Shown here: positions 12,291 through 25,369 of the stretch, in pieces
How the letters are laid out: each line of letters starts with the position of its first letter
Numbering within the stretch: position 1 is the stretch's first letter
NCBI RefSeq assembly: GCF_964194155.1
Contig: NC_135891.1
Location: 93,744,001 to 93,808,000, forward strand
DNA from: Cetorhinus maximus
Lineage: Eukaryota
Reading direction: 5' to 3'
DNA: 64,000 nucleotides
Program-made: the position numbers and the translations under genes
The notes under the pieces: model-generated
The model's database searches: none
Seen by the model: only the letters and a program-made list of their open reading frames with translations
Told to the model about the DNA's origin: nothing

Positions 12291-12529
12291 ATAACATACT
12301 ATTGACACAGATCTGGGCATTAAAATATATCGTAACCAATTTAATTCAATTCTAAAATTATTCGTGCACCAAATTGCTGGACACTGTTAATGGAACAACG
12401 TGACTATGTGAGCTTCTTTACCGTAACAAATCTGAAGGTTAGTGCTATTCTTACGTACAAATTACTTGCGATTCTGTTATTATATTGTCAGTTCCAGGTG
12501 CAGCCACAATCCAGCTTTGGTTATCGCGA

Positions 12530-12707
12530 TAAAAGCAAAAAACTGCGGATGCTGGAAATCCAAAACAAAAACAAAAATACTATTTCACCTCTCTTCTATT
12601 TTTACGAAGTTCTGTTGAAGGGTCATTCGGACTCGAAACGTTAACTGTATTCCTCTCCGCAGATGCTGACAGACCTGCTGAGTTTTTCCAGGTATTTTTG
12701 TTTTTGT
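12530..12707. mobile_element. Inverted Penelope-derived mini-element
   Basis: 14-bp TSD tttggttatcgcga (12516-12529) / tttggttatcgtga (12708-12721), differing by one CpG transition. Confidence 0.9.
12608..12646 (+). ncRNA. Hammerhead ribozyme motif, CUGUUGA core variant
   Basis: AGTT-CTGTTGA-A-GGGTC-ATTCG-GACTC-GAAAC-GT-T-AACT. Confidence 0.6.
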
Positions 12708-13138
12708 TTTGGTTATCGTGAGGTTGGGACAGGGCAGAAATCTTGCAGCTCTTCTTGTGCACAGAGCTTACTCATGGGAAAGGGTCCAACAATTGGAACA
12801 TAGTAAACAGCAGCGGAGTGAGAGAGTGGGGAAGAGATTTCACCATGGTCGGTCAGACAAGGCATTACGAGAAGACCTTTTGGACTGCGCCATTGAAACT
12901 CTAATCTGCTCAGCCTGAAGCATTAGGGATGCCGATCTGCTGGCTTGCAAGGTGACAGTGACATGCTGGATTACACTTGAATGCACTCTTTACACATATC
13001 ATAAACAAAGTAGCCAGGTTGTTTTTTTTTAAACATAATCTGCTGTCCTAAAGGCATTGACTTTTGTTTGGGTACAGTTCAACAAGCAGAGAGGGCTTTC
13101 TGGTACTTTGCCCAAGTAGGTCACTCTTCACACCTACC

Positions 13139-14067
13139 AGTTATGACGTGGCAGCTGATGTGCGCCAGGCAGACCAAATCCACAAGGGAAACTTGGTCGG
13201 GCTATCACAACGGTTTTGCAATTTCTATTTATTACCAGATGTGTGCACTGAATTCAGAAGTAATGAGTCCACTAAGACCGTTAAATATTTAAAAAATTAA
13301 ATTAAAATATTTATTAACAAAATAAAATATTACAAACACATACATAAGACTACAATTACTTACTAGTATAACAAATCCTAAAATTCCTAATTAACCGGAC
13401 TCCCATTTATACACCCCCTTTATGGCAACAGTTCAAAATAGATTTTAGATTTGAAACAAACCCAGTAAGTCAACACAGTACCCATTTGACAGTGGAGTTC
13501 CAAATGGCTTTTCCCCAACTCCAGTCACTTTACATAGCAGACTTATGCACAAATGGCTGGAGGCTTCTTGAAGGCTGTTTCACACACTCCTGTTAGATCT
13601 TACATGGCCTTCCGTACATAGCCTTTCATTCTCCTTTATGTATATTTATCTCTTTTTAATATGTAAATTATATTGTTCCATATGTGTTTGAAACTGTATC
13701 TTCCTCATAATATAAAAACTTCCATGTTGCTAATATTGTTAATAACCTTCAGGGAAAGTAAACACACTCCTTGGCCTTGCTTATCTGGCTAGTTGTAAAC
13801 AGACCTTTGAAATCCAAACAATCCCTTCACTTATCTAAAAATGCAATATCCCTTCACACCTTACATGCTAAGCCAGCATCCATGTTTACTGATTAGCATG
13901 TCAAACACATTTCTACACCTAACCTCTTTTGATTATTTCAAGCTTGCAGTCTATTTGGCTCTAAATGTTATTAAATCACACAGACAGAACCACCTATACT
14001 TACCCTCATAAATCTACTTCACAATAAACCAGAAAAATATTCTGAAAATTAGTATACTTTCATCACA
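13139..14067. mobile_element. Solo LTR, same family as 34957-36381
   Basis: About 930 bp, colinear with 34957-36381; (a)gttatgac...tttcatcaca termini; TSD not clear. Confidence 0.7.
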
Positions 14068-14619
14068 AGCCCTGATTTTACTAGACACCACACCACCACT
14101 GTCACCAGCAGCACATCACACACAGTCAGCAAGGTTACAAAATCAAGTCAAGGTCACTGTGCACCAAATCCAGGGTTTGGGTCTTTTTTGAGACTAGAGT
14201 CAAGTTTGGGGCTCCTAAACATATGCAAATTCCCTCAGGACTTTGAATGGATTTTGGGACATCAAGCTCTGTCCATACAGGAGGCCTCACTCTAATAAAC
14301 TGGACACATACTAATATCAGCTTAGTTGGCCATCTTAGAGGCAACACATTTCCCTTTTTTTTGTTTACAAGCATTGTCTCTTGTTTGCATTAGCTTTGTT
14401 GCACATATTTTGAGGACTGCGTTGTGCCTTTTTGACTTAAACGAATTTGACCCACACCTCCTTCAAGAGGGAATGCCGAAGGGCCACTGGGAAAAGTGTG
14501 GGAGAGTGGGATTGTCACTCCTGGATGTGGAGGGCCACTTTATGCTTGGCCAACATCTGAAGTTACAGAAACACCTTGTGCTTTGCATTGTGAAAGAAAA
14601 GCTGTTCCCATTTGCTGAT

Positions 14620-14918
14620 GGTACAAGGAACAGTTAACACAGACTTAAGCTTTTGGGCATGTGATGCATTAGGAATATGAGGAAAAACCTTTTTAAGCGG
14701 TGAGTGGTAATGACCAGGAACTTGCTGCCTACATGTGTGGTGGAACTGGAGACAGTCAATAAGTTCAAAAGGAAACTGGATGTACACTTCAGTGAAATAA
14801 ACTTTTAGGGCTATGGGGATAGAGCCGGAGAATGGGACTAACTGGATTGCTCTATAGAGAGCCAGCGTGGATTTAGTAGGCCAAATGGCCTCCTTCTATG
14901 CTGTAATGACTCTATGAC
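14620..14918 (+). mobile_element. CR1 LINE 3' fragment
   Basis: tgaggaaaaacctttttaagcgg...ggccaaatggcctccttctatgctgtaatgactctatga tail. Confidence 0.75.
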
Positions 14919-15589
14919 ATGGTGTCAGCTTTCACAAGTATGCTAATAACACCTGGCTCCACCTCTCCACCCATTTGTCTCCACTGTCTCTGTGTTGTCT
15001 GATCTTGTATCACTCTTCAAATCAGCACATTTGTTCCACTTTCTTTTCCCCTGCACCCTTCAGGCTTGTTTCCTATATGAGACATGTCTGTGTGCTCAAC
15101 TATCCCCCACCCATCTCCTGGCTACACAACTACCTGTACGTAGCCCAATTTTCACTGAGGGCTCTTCCTCAGGCTCTGTTCCTCTGCCCCAAAAATCTGA
15201 AAATTCACCTACATCCCCTCAAAATGCTCATGCTCAGCCATTTCATTTTCTCTTCCACTGGCCCAGCCACCTTTCCTCTTTGAGGGATGAATTATCTGCC
15301 TGGTCATTGTTCCTACCAATTGGTTTCAGGCATGCAGGAACTGGAAAACTACATGAGGAGCCATTTTGCCATTCTGCACATCCATTGGGTCATTTCCCAG
15401 GAGGCCTTTTATGCGAGCATAGGGTGCTCTTGCAAAAATGGCAGGAGAAGTTAATTTACATTTGTCATTATGTGCAAATGAATGCATGTAGCATTTCACC
15501 ATGTGAACACCTAATTTTCACAAAGCTCTCATTTTACCAATTTAACAGTGATGTTCAAAATTAGTCACAGACTGATCTTTCTTGAAGGG

Positions 15590-16500
15590 AAGGCATAGCT
15601 ACCAATGGTGGGATGAAGGAAATGCAGAGTTCTTGGAGGGTTGTCGAGCTTAATGAGGTTACAGAGGTAGGGAAGGGCAAAGCTATGAGGCATTGGATCA
15701 CGAGAATGTGGAATTTAAATTTCAGGTTTTACTGGACCAGGTACCAATGTAGGTCACAGGTGATGGGAGAATGGGATCTGAGATGAGTTAGGATACAGAC
15801 AGCAGAGTTTTGGATAAGCTTGATGTTCCAGAGGTGCAAGATGGCGGTTGACAAGGAAAGTAGTGGAATTGTCAAGTGTAAAGGTAAAAAAAGGTGTGGA
15901 TGAGGGTTTCAGCAGCTGATGGGCTGAGGCGGGGACATAGATGGGCGTTATTATAGAGGTAGCTGCTTTAGTGATGGAGAGGATATGGGGCTCTGAGGTG
16001 GCAAATGATCTGTTTCAGCCTCTGACAGTGGCCAGGAAGGAGGACAGAATTGGTGGCTAGAGAATCAAGTTTGTGGCAGGAGCTGAAGAAAATAGCTAAT
16101 ATTTAATTGGAGGAATTTTCTGCTTATCCAGTTCTGGATGTTGGTCAAAGCAGCATGACAAAGTAAAGGGGTCAAGAGTGGTGGTGATGAGTTGGAACTG
16201 GGTCTCATCTGTTTACATATGGAATCTCACTTGTTTTTGAATTATGTCAACGAGGGGCAGTATATTGATGGGGCCAAATAGGAGGAGGCCAAATACTTGG
16301 GAGTCTCCAGAAGTAACGGTGCAGGAGTGGGAAGAGAAGCCATTGTAGGGGATTCTCTGGTTACGATTGGATGTATGGAATCAGGCAAGGGCAGTCCTAT
16401 CCAGCTGGACAATGGCGGAGAGTTTTTGGAGAAGATGGTCTGGTCAATCATGTCATAGGCCACAGACAGGTCAAGAAGAGTAAGGATGGATAGTGCCCAT
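15590..16500 (-). mobile_element. Degenerate L2-type LINE fragment
   Basis: Reverse-complement similarity to the plus-strand fragments at 20340-21890 and 42813-43110; boundaries approximate. Confidence 0.55.
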
Positions 16501-17202
16501 CACATAGGATGTTATTTTTGACTATAAACTTCCTTCTGCCACTGCTCAGTGTTTGTTTTCTGCCCTGTGAAGAGAGCTTTAGTACTGCATAAATTGTTGA
16601 ACAAAGACACTTCAACCGCAGTTTGCCAGTACCAAACAAAATATAAAGTAGTTTTCTCTGGGCTGATCTCTTCCTAGTTTATAAGATGTCAAGGGGATTT
16701 TTGTGGCTCTTTACAAAATAAAGCTTTATGTACAGATCTCCTGACTGCCCGTTGCTGAAACTATATTTATTTTTCCTCTAGTGCCATCTCAGAGAAATCG
16801 TAGGCATTGTCTAGAGGTTGAAGAAGGAGCTCCCACCATTCAGAATCTATTCGCTTCATTGGGTAAAAGATAAAGTGAATGTTGTTCAACCTTCAACTGA
16901 TTATGAAGATCAAGTAGCAATATTCCAGTCTCATTGGCAGTGACCATCTTCTGTGGCAGCATCATTTAGATCTGGAGTACAGAGACAAATGAATTTAACT
17001 TGTATCAAAGTCTGGGAAGGAAAAGAGATTATTAGGAACAGACATTCCATAGAGATGAGATTCCACAAGGACCGGCTATTCCAATGAGAGGATACTTCTT
17101 TGAGAGGGGAACATCTTGTCGGCTTTGACTGAGCTTTTCTCTAAAGGGGTGGTGAAGGAGTTCCAGTTCCAGTTTTTCAGATACAAACTGTGAACATTAA
17201 CA

Positions 17203-17491
17203 ATGGCTGTAGCAAAGCTTCCTGTTCACACTGAGGGTTTGGGGGGTTGCCTCAGCTCAACAGAAAGTGCTAAGCAGCTGGTGCAACACAAGATAGATGA
17301 TGACGAAGAGGGGGAGAGGCAAAACATATTACTCACGCCCTTTGAAAAACTTACTTATGACATGAGTAACAACAGGAAAGTGAAAAATGAACTAATGCTT
17401 GGAAAAAGGATTGGATTTTACAAACTCCGTGGAGAAATAGGCATTGGGAACTTCTCAAAGGTGAAGCTTGGTATACACTGCTTGACGACAG
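17203..17491 (+). CDS. NIM1K: NIM1-like Ser/Thr kinase, coding exon 1
   Basis: MAVAK...TPFEKLTYDMS..LGKRIGFYKLRGEIGIGNFSKVKLGIHCLTT (NIM1 N-terminus and Gly-loop). Phase-1 donor G|GTAAAT at 17492. A candidate acceptor at 16780-16781 would open this exon's 5' UTR. Confidence 0.9.
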
Positions 17492-17839
17492 GTAAATCTG
17501 CCTAACCCAATTCTACCCTGCATTTTGAGGAGTCTAGCTGATTAAGAGATATTATAAACATATTGTTGAGAGATTATTTGAACAATTTGTCTACATTTGC
17601 AGGAGAAGAGGACGTACACAAAGATACAGGGCTTTAGGGACAGCTCACACTGGTACCAAGATTAGAAACAACAGTCTGTCTGCCTTACGATATCCAAGTT
17701 GGTGTCATGTTGTGAATCTGATATTGTGCAATGATGTAATGCTAAAATTGTATTCTGAACTAAACATTATAAAATAGTATGGACCTTAATGCATCAAGCA
17801 ATGCCTCTTTAAACAATGCATTTAGGGATTAGCTTCTTG

Positions 17840-19720
17840 TTTCATTCACGGGATGTGGGCTTTGCTGGCTAGGCCAGCATTTATTGCCCATTCCTAGTTG
17901 CCCTTGAGAAGGTGGTGATGAGCTGCCTTCTTGAACGGCTGCAGTCTATGTGGTGTAGCTACACCCACAGTGCTGTTAGGAAGGGAGTTCCAGGATTTTG
18001 ACCCAGCGACAGTGAAGGAACGGCGATATATTTCCAGGTCAGGATGGTGAGTGACTTGGAGGGGAACTTGAAGGTGGTGCTGTTCCCATCTATCTGCTGC
18101 CCTCATCCTTCTAGATGGTAGTGGTCATGGGTTTGGAAGGTGTTATCTAAGGAGCCTTGGTGAATTCCTGCAGTGCATCTTGTAAATGGTACACACTGCT
18201 TTTTCCATGCGTTGGTGGTGGAGGGAGTGAATGTTTGTGGATGTGGTGCCCATCAAGCCGATTGCTTTGTCCTGGACGGTGTCAAGCTTCTTGAGTGATG
18301 TGGGAGCTGCACTCATCCAGGCAAGTGGGGAGCATTCCATCACATTCCTGATTTTTGCCTTGTAGATGGTGGTGTAGGGAGTGGTAGTGTGAGTCAGTTT
18401 CACCTCTGACTTCTGAGCGGTTCGAATCGCTCCCACTCCCTGGGTTCTAGACCTTGGACTTATTTGGGGTTGTGACAAAGTGCAGCAGACAACCGGTTTT
18501 GGTGCAAGAAAAACTGAGTTTATTGAAGTCACAAATGAACTTATAACATTAGGATTACACTGAGATTATACAGACCTACAAAGTACACTTAGTTAAGAAT
18601 GGGGAACACACAGCATAATGAGGGAAAAATCACACTACCCAAAACCTAACTAAATTGAACTAGGAGAGGTCAGGGATCATGCTCATCAACCCAGGGTTCC
18701 TTGACAGTTCGAAATCCAGCCAGGTAAGCCGGTTGCAGTTTTGGGGTACGCTCTTTGTGTCCTCTGGGGCCTGCCATCCCCACGCAGTCCTGGTCTGTGG
18801 AATCTGCGAAGGTTCTTCAGTTGAGTGGAGGACGCGGTTGTGGGTGGTCGATCTTCGTGGAGGGCTGTGGTTGCGGCCTTATTGTCTTCGGTTGAGCCGC
18901 CACCCCGTGCCCCTCGCCGTGATGTCGCCTGCGGGCCTGCAAAATCTCCAGATCTTCTTGCTTAAACTCTGTTTCAACCGCTCCCAACTGCTCACTGCCT
19001 GCTAGCTAGTTTCTCTCTCTCTCCTTCATAACTGACTGGTTTCTCTCTCTCACCCTTCTGCTAGCTGATTTCTCTCTCTCTCTCCTTCGCAACTGACTGC
19101 CCAGTTATACTGTCTTTCGAATTTCTTATCTCAATCCAAATCAAGGTTAGTTCTTTGTTTGATTTTGGTGGGCTTCCCCCAGTGATTGATGTCTCATTGT
19201 TTTTAATGGGCTCGCATGATGTTTATCATTGTCTTCCTGCCTAGTAACTAGTTTTTGAATTGAAAGCCGTTGTATGTGTGGAGTAATGATGGGTTCGCAT
19301 AACTGAATTGATGGTGCCTTCCTGCCTTAGTAGTTAGTAGCGATTATTTATGCAAGAGTTTGATGGGCTTCAGATTCGTGTGAGGTGAAGTCTTTCTCTG
19401 GGTTGATTGTATTAAAGGGAAGAATGTGTATTCTGTCTCCTCTCGTTGTCTGGTTTCAGGTAAAACAATCCACACTGTATTCAATAAGCCCGGGCATGTG
19501 CAGCCCCAGGCCTTCATGGGCCCAGCCTCCTGTCTGCAGAATTTTACATTTAATTCAACAGTTTAAAAGTCCAAAAGTCATATCCTTGTTGATGATATGA
19601 AAAATGTGGGAATTTTGAGAACCCTTCAGTGGATAGGCTTTGGGGAGTCAGGAGGTGAGTTACTCATCACAAGATTCCTAGCCTCTGACCTGCTTTTGTA
19701 GCTACAGTATTTATATATAT
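17840..19720 (-). mobile_element. CR1/L2-group LINE 3' part, interrupted by a solo LTR
   Basis: Minus ORF TIYKAKIRNVMECSPLAWMSAAPTSLKKLDTVQDKA..HSLHHQR..TIYKMHC; same family as 52700-53700 and 54010-55310. Confidence 0.8.
18373..19628 (-). mobile_element. Solo LTR inserted in a LINE
   Basis: TGTAGGG...CCCTTCA termini; 4-bp TSD GTGG at 18369-18372 and 19629-19632; removing it restores the LINE (gatggtgg|ataggctttgggg); minus-strand AATAAA near 18520. Confidence 0.85.
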
Positions 19721-20339
19721 AGCCCAGCCAAACCTTCCTCTTCAAGTACTTATTCAACTCCCTTTTGCAAGTTAAATCTGCTTGCTCCAACTTTTCACAC
19801 AATGCAATTCAGATCATAACAACTTGCTTAGTAATAATTTCCTCAGAGGAAAATACCAGTGACAATTATCAACAATCTTTGACATTATTAAACTAACAAT
19901 TTGAAAACATGGCCCATTAAGGAACTAGTAAACCAGCACTGGGAATAAAGCCCACAGATTATCGCGGACACAACCATTGTCAGTGAGGTTCATTTATTAC
20001 CACTTCCTTTTCATAATCAATTGACTGCAGTTTGAACAATAATCACTTTAGCTTCTACACTGGATAGATTCTGGATGGTGGGAGGACATTATTCACAGTT
20101 TTTTAAAGACGTTTTTGGGGCAGTAAAGTATTAACATTTTCAAATTGGAAGATTCAACTTATTCTCCATATTCGGAGCACTTTGTCAAATGTTCTTTTAT
20201 TGGTGATGCTGAGATGGGATGGTGTTAATCAATATGATGTACTTATAGTGCCAATCTTTTCCTTATGCAGTCTACCCGGCCTTTGAACTTAGGAACAGGA
20301 GTAGGCTGTTCACTCCTTGAGCCTGTCTGTCATTCAATG

Positions 20340-21890
20340 AGATCACAGCTCCTCACTGCTTCATCATTGCCTTCAGATTGTTCAACCACACCCCTAACCC
20401 CACCTCTGATGCCCCTGGCTCTAGCAAAGTCTTTGCTCTCTCATGCCATGGTCATTGCCTCCATTTGCTGCAGAATTAAATATATCTTTCATACAGCTGG
20501 TCTAGCCAAACATCACTAGACCTGGCAGAATCACATCCCCCAAGGACCACCAGCCTCACCCTCCTCTCACAAAACCGTCCACCACTTCAGGGAGGCAAAG
20601 ATAGCCCTTTGTTTCCTTTTTCCAAGAGAAACCATCTCTTTCAACCCATTTCCCCTGCGCCCCGCCACCCCACCTGTAATAATAAATGCGAGGAGCTCAA
20701 TAGACTTCTTTGTTACTAAGATTGAAACCATCCATTCAACTTCTGCTGCATCATTGCTTTCTTTAGCCACAAAGCCAAACTCTCCCCTCCCCCATGTCTC
20801 CCCAAGCTTTCCCCTGCCTTAGCCCTGAACCCATGTCTTTCTTTAGTTTTTCTCTTAACTCCTCTCTTGTCCATGAGACCCAATTTTTGCTCCCTTGACT
20901 CCACATGTATGAAACCCATTCTTTCTTGACCCCCATGCTAGTTTACATTGTTTACACTGGTATACAGTCCTTCTCCCTTTCAAAGCCACCATATTGGGAT
21001 ACTACCGAAAAGAAAAATCATAACTTCTTTGTTCTTGCAAACCTTTGCTTCATTTTCTATCTCTCTTTCATTTCCAAACTAATTGAATGTAGTTCTGCCT
21101 TCCAAATCTATATTCGTATTTATGCAATTCCATGGTTGAATCACTCCAATTAGGTTTCCCCTGTAGCAAAGCACTGAAATGTCCCTAACCAAAGTCACTA
21201 ATAACATCCTCTCTGAATGTGGCCACGGTGCAATTATCTCATCTTTCTCAATCTTGCAACAGCCTTTGACATGGTTGGACATTGTATTGTCCTCCAATGC
21301 CTCTCCTCCATTGTCCAGCTCAGTGGAATTGCCCTTACCTGACTTTGCTTTTAAAGAAGGCATTTCTTTTAAAGATGTCATTTACTCCAATTAAACAGTT
21401 TGAAGACCAAATAACTTGCTTTTGTCCCCTGTCAAAAACTCTGTACCCTTGTCATTGATTGACCAGACAGGGAATGCAATGTCTGTGAGTGAATCAGACT
21501 GTTTGTCACCTCAGTATCCTACTCTCCCAAGTTGCAATTTCAACCCCACACCTTCACTGTAGCAAAAATCAACCACTTCTACCTCCATAATATGCCTCAA
21601 CCCATTCTGCAGCTGAAATACTCATCCATGCCTTTTTTGCCTTCAGACTCGATCAAGTCAATGCCATTATGACCCATCAAAATTCTGCTATTTGTATCTT
21701 ATCCCACATCAAGTCCTGCTGATCTTTCATTTCTGCTCTCAATGACTGACATTGGCTTTCTTCCCACAATGCTTCAAATTTAAAATACTCATTCTTCCCT
21801 ATTTTTGCAGCTCCCTGCATACCTCTAGTCCCCACCTAAACTCTCAATTCCTCTGACTCTGGCCTCTTCTGCACCTCCTCTACCCTTAGC
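20340..21890 (+). mobile_element. Degenerate L2-type LINE
   Basis: RT-like remnants (STEMSLTKVTNNIL..AFDMVGH); boundaries approximate. Confidence 0.65.
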
Positions 21891-23452
21891 CCAATCAATG
21901 AATCTGATACCCATTTGCTACAGAGGCTCCAATTACATGAAGCACAATTAGGTTATGAAGTGCTTTGTGCCTCAGTATTTTGCAAAACAGGGACCTGGTA
22001 CCTGATGCCCAGTAGCATTGCGCATTAGCAATCCTTAAAGGTGATGACAGCTACAGTTATAAAATACCATTACCTGTAACAACAATGAGGTCTGGAATTT
22101 GGTAAGACACAAAATCATTCAAACAGGCAAGATTCATAAATCCTAGCACACCAAGAGATTATAAAGACAAGAATATTAAATAACACTGTTCTGGTAAAGA
22201 TGTAGCTGCCTGTTCTCGGGACCAAAACAGATATCTAATTATTCCGGCCAGCAATTAAGTGATTATTTAATCATTAGTAATGGTCATATTTTATTCAAAT
22301 CACATGCATGGATACTGGGATAATAATTTTCCAGGGTTTTCTTCTGCAAGGCACAGAATCACCCATCCAACAACCCCTGACACCCCCATCCCACTGGTTG
22401 ATCCCAGTTGCAAAGATATAATTGGCTCAACTCAGGCTGCCAAGGCAAAGGTGATGCTGTTAGTAATCTAGAACATTGAAGGCTGGAAGTGAGCACCATC
22501 TTTACTAGATGAGTCTTAATATTATTATAAAACGTTGCACTGTTACTTACTCGGTTGGAGAAAATGAAGGAGATGGATGAAGGAAGCAGATGCAGTAAAG
22601 GAAGATCCCTTGTATCAAGAACAAAAGATATGGAAGAGAAAGGGCCACTTTCCAAAGGACCCGTTGAACAGCTTCTAAAATGGTTTTTGCCCCTCCCTAT
22701 TCTCCCAATTTTATTCATAGGATGGACTATAAAAAGAAAGCAGTCAAGACTTTTTGCTGCCTCCAACATTACTGTATTTTCACCTAAATTTTTCCCATCC
22801 ATGATGGATGTAACAGCCAAGACCAGGTACACTCAGCAAAGAGTGGGACACTCAAATGATAGAGTATTATGCCTGTATCTGGATGGTAGTAGGTAGTATG
22901 AGTAATACCAATATGAGGAAAAGCATCAGATTCATGAGTAACCATTTAACCACGGAAATTGATAATAGGCATTCTTAAGCCAATTCTATGAATACATTCT
23001 TCCTGAATTGTCCTCTTGGCCCCAAGACAACATAATCATATCATCATAAAGAAACATTGGCCTGTCAATGTTCATTTACCCAAGATTATATTAGATCCAT
23101 AGAAGTAACATTCAGGAGATTACCAACCATGATTAAATTGGGAGGGGCAATACTAAAGCAGCTTAAAAACATGCAAGGGCTATAAAATGCTTGGATTACT
23201 TTAGCACCAGACAGCACACTATCTCAGTAAAGTAAGGATTTTGTTTGTATCCCAGTATATGCAACCCTGATATTTAATGTAGTGCTCTGAACACATTACA
23301 TGTACAGTGATCTGAATGATGAATCACATAGATTCAGATATAAACTTATCTACTCCTTCCGTTGACTGCATTATAGAAGTGCAGAGACTATACTCAGTAA
23401 CTTGTCACTCATACTAGAAAGTAACCGATGTCTTTCGCTTTGTAATTTGTAG

Positions 23453-23721
23453 AGAAGGTAGCAATTAAAATCATGGATAAAAAGCAACTGACCCAGAATT
23501 CACGGCAACTGTTCATAAGTGAAGTTCTGAGTATGGAGCAACTTCATCATCCAAATATCATCCGGTTGTATGAGATGCTGGAGACACATTCTCGACTGTA
23601 CCTGGTCCTGGAGTATGCAGATGGAGGAGATCTATTCACCAGGATCTCCACGCAGGGACGACTCTTGGAATATGAGAGTAAATTTATATTTGTTCAGATT
23701 GTATCGGCTGTCAAACATATG
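23453..23721 (+). CDS. NIM1K: NIM1-like kinase, coding exon 2
   Basis: Acceptor tttgtag|; (E)KVAIKIMDK...LHHPNIIRLYE..LVLEYADGGDLF..IVSAVKHM; phase-0 donor |GTAAGT at 23722. Confidence 0.93.
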
Positions 23722-25369
23722 GTAAGTGGGAGATGTAGTCTTGGCTTAAGAAAAGTCTATCTTATATTGTCATCTTTAAACTGATGTAGCCTTCTTTGCA
23801 CACCACTGAACTGGACAGATCCCATACATTCATTTAATGGACAATCTCATTTTAAGGTCAAATGGTTTAAGGTAGATTGTCTATATGATCTTTCCATTCC
23901 TGCATCATTAATAAATTCTACATATCCACAAGATTGCATTTAGTTTTCAGACTGCCAGAGGACATTGTGAGAGGAAAAAAGCAGTATCAATTTTGTATAC
24001 TTCAAAGTTCTTATGGAATGACCAGGTAGCAGCATAGTGTAGAGGTTGCCACAGCATTCAAAGAGTGAAGAAGACCCTACAAGGTAGGTCATTCTTTTCT
24101 TCTTCTGCCCTCCTCCATATACCACTTATGTCTTAAAGGACTTATCCTTCACTAAAGTGATTGGAGTTGCTTGTGGCGCTCAGTTGTTTGTGTGGCATGC
24201 AGACACTGCATAATCAACTGGCCATGTGATCATGCCTCCTGACCTTGGTTTCCCCACCTCAGTAGAGAAGTATTTATAACTATGGTCAGTGGTCAAGATG
24301 GTGTTTGCTAGAAAATTCCATGAGCAGTATTAACTCCTGAGATTATCATCCTCATCTGCCTCTATCAACTGGGACACTTTTGTGAGTGTGCTGGTGAAGC
24401 AAGTTCAAATGCAGAGATCACCTTCACAATATTATGCATAGGACTGTGCTACACTCAGACTGAATACAAGTGGGTATGCTATTGTCCCCTGCATAAAGAC
24501 GGTACCAGTTGTATTGGAGGACTGCAAAGCAGGGATTATCTGAAAAATCATGTCCTGCCCTGGTGACAGATGAGACTTCTTGAAATAAGGAAGTCGAACT
24601 TTTGGAGTAGGTTGAGATGTTTGTTCACAAATAGCCCTCACAAAGCCAGACATTTAAACAAGGATAAAGACAAGTTGGTGCTGTGACTGCAGTTCAACTG
24701 CAACAATAGATGCATCTTTCGTGAACACCCTATGTGGTAGGAATAGGCCATTTAACAACTTGGGTACATAGAACCATGTCCTGTGATCCCAAAAATTGAA
24801 TCTGAGATTATATATTAAAACCAGGTGAAATGAGGATGTGAAAGTAGACATTGATTTAACCAGTTTCCTAGCGAGCGGTCTGAAGGATCAGAGCAGGGTT
24901 ACCAGCCTGAAGCTTTCCCCTGGGCTAGAAGGACTTGCCTTGTTCCTCCAGATGATAAAACACCATCCTGGTTCAGTCACCAGTTTAAATATTAGATGAA
25001 GGTGGTCAACATTGTTTTTTGAATATTCTGTGTTCTAACAAAGAGTGTAATCTCTGCTGACACCCTTTAGCCAAGCACCAGCAACCAAGGAATGATGATG
25101 TAGCCTTGGAGCCAGATCCTTGGTGGGTGGGAAGAAAGGAGTCACAGCTGAGCTGAGTAGATCATGAAGAAACCGCGCTCTCTGTCTGACCTGATCCAGG
25201 TCAAGAGCAATCACAGCCTCTGTTATTCTGGTCTGAGCAAAAAGGCTGTTGTCCGTACATCAACTTGTTAATTGATCAGCCTGATCCATGGTGGTTAGCT
25301 GTACCACACCCAGAATGTCCACCAAACATGTCTTTGCTGCAATCCCTGTGGGCTTCCTGCACCCCTGGT

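Noticed and set aside
11417-12707. CRISPR-like array or tRNA-derived SINEs
   Set aside because: The context is eukaryotic, there is no regular repeat-spacer period and no A/B boxes were seen, and the repeats match the Penelope 3' end with individual TSDs.
14975-15564. 190-aa ORF
   Set aside because: Non-ATG start and no recognisable motif; lies among degenerate repeats.
22280-23100. Overlapping 113-157 aa ORFs in NIM1K intron 1
   Set aside because: No recognisable domain or supported splice structure; probably chance ORFs or an unrecognised old repeat.
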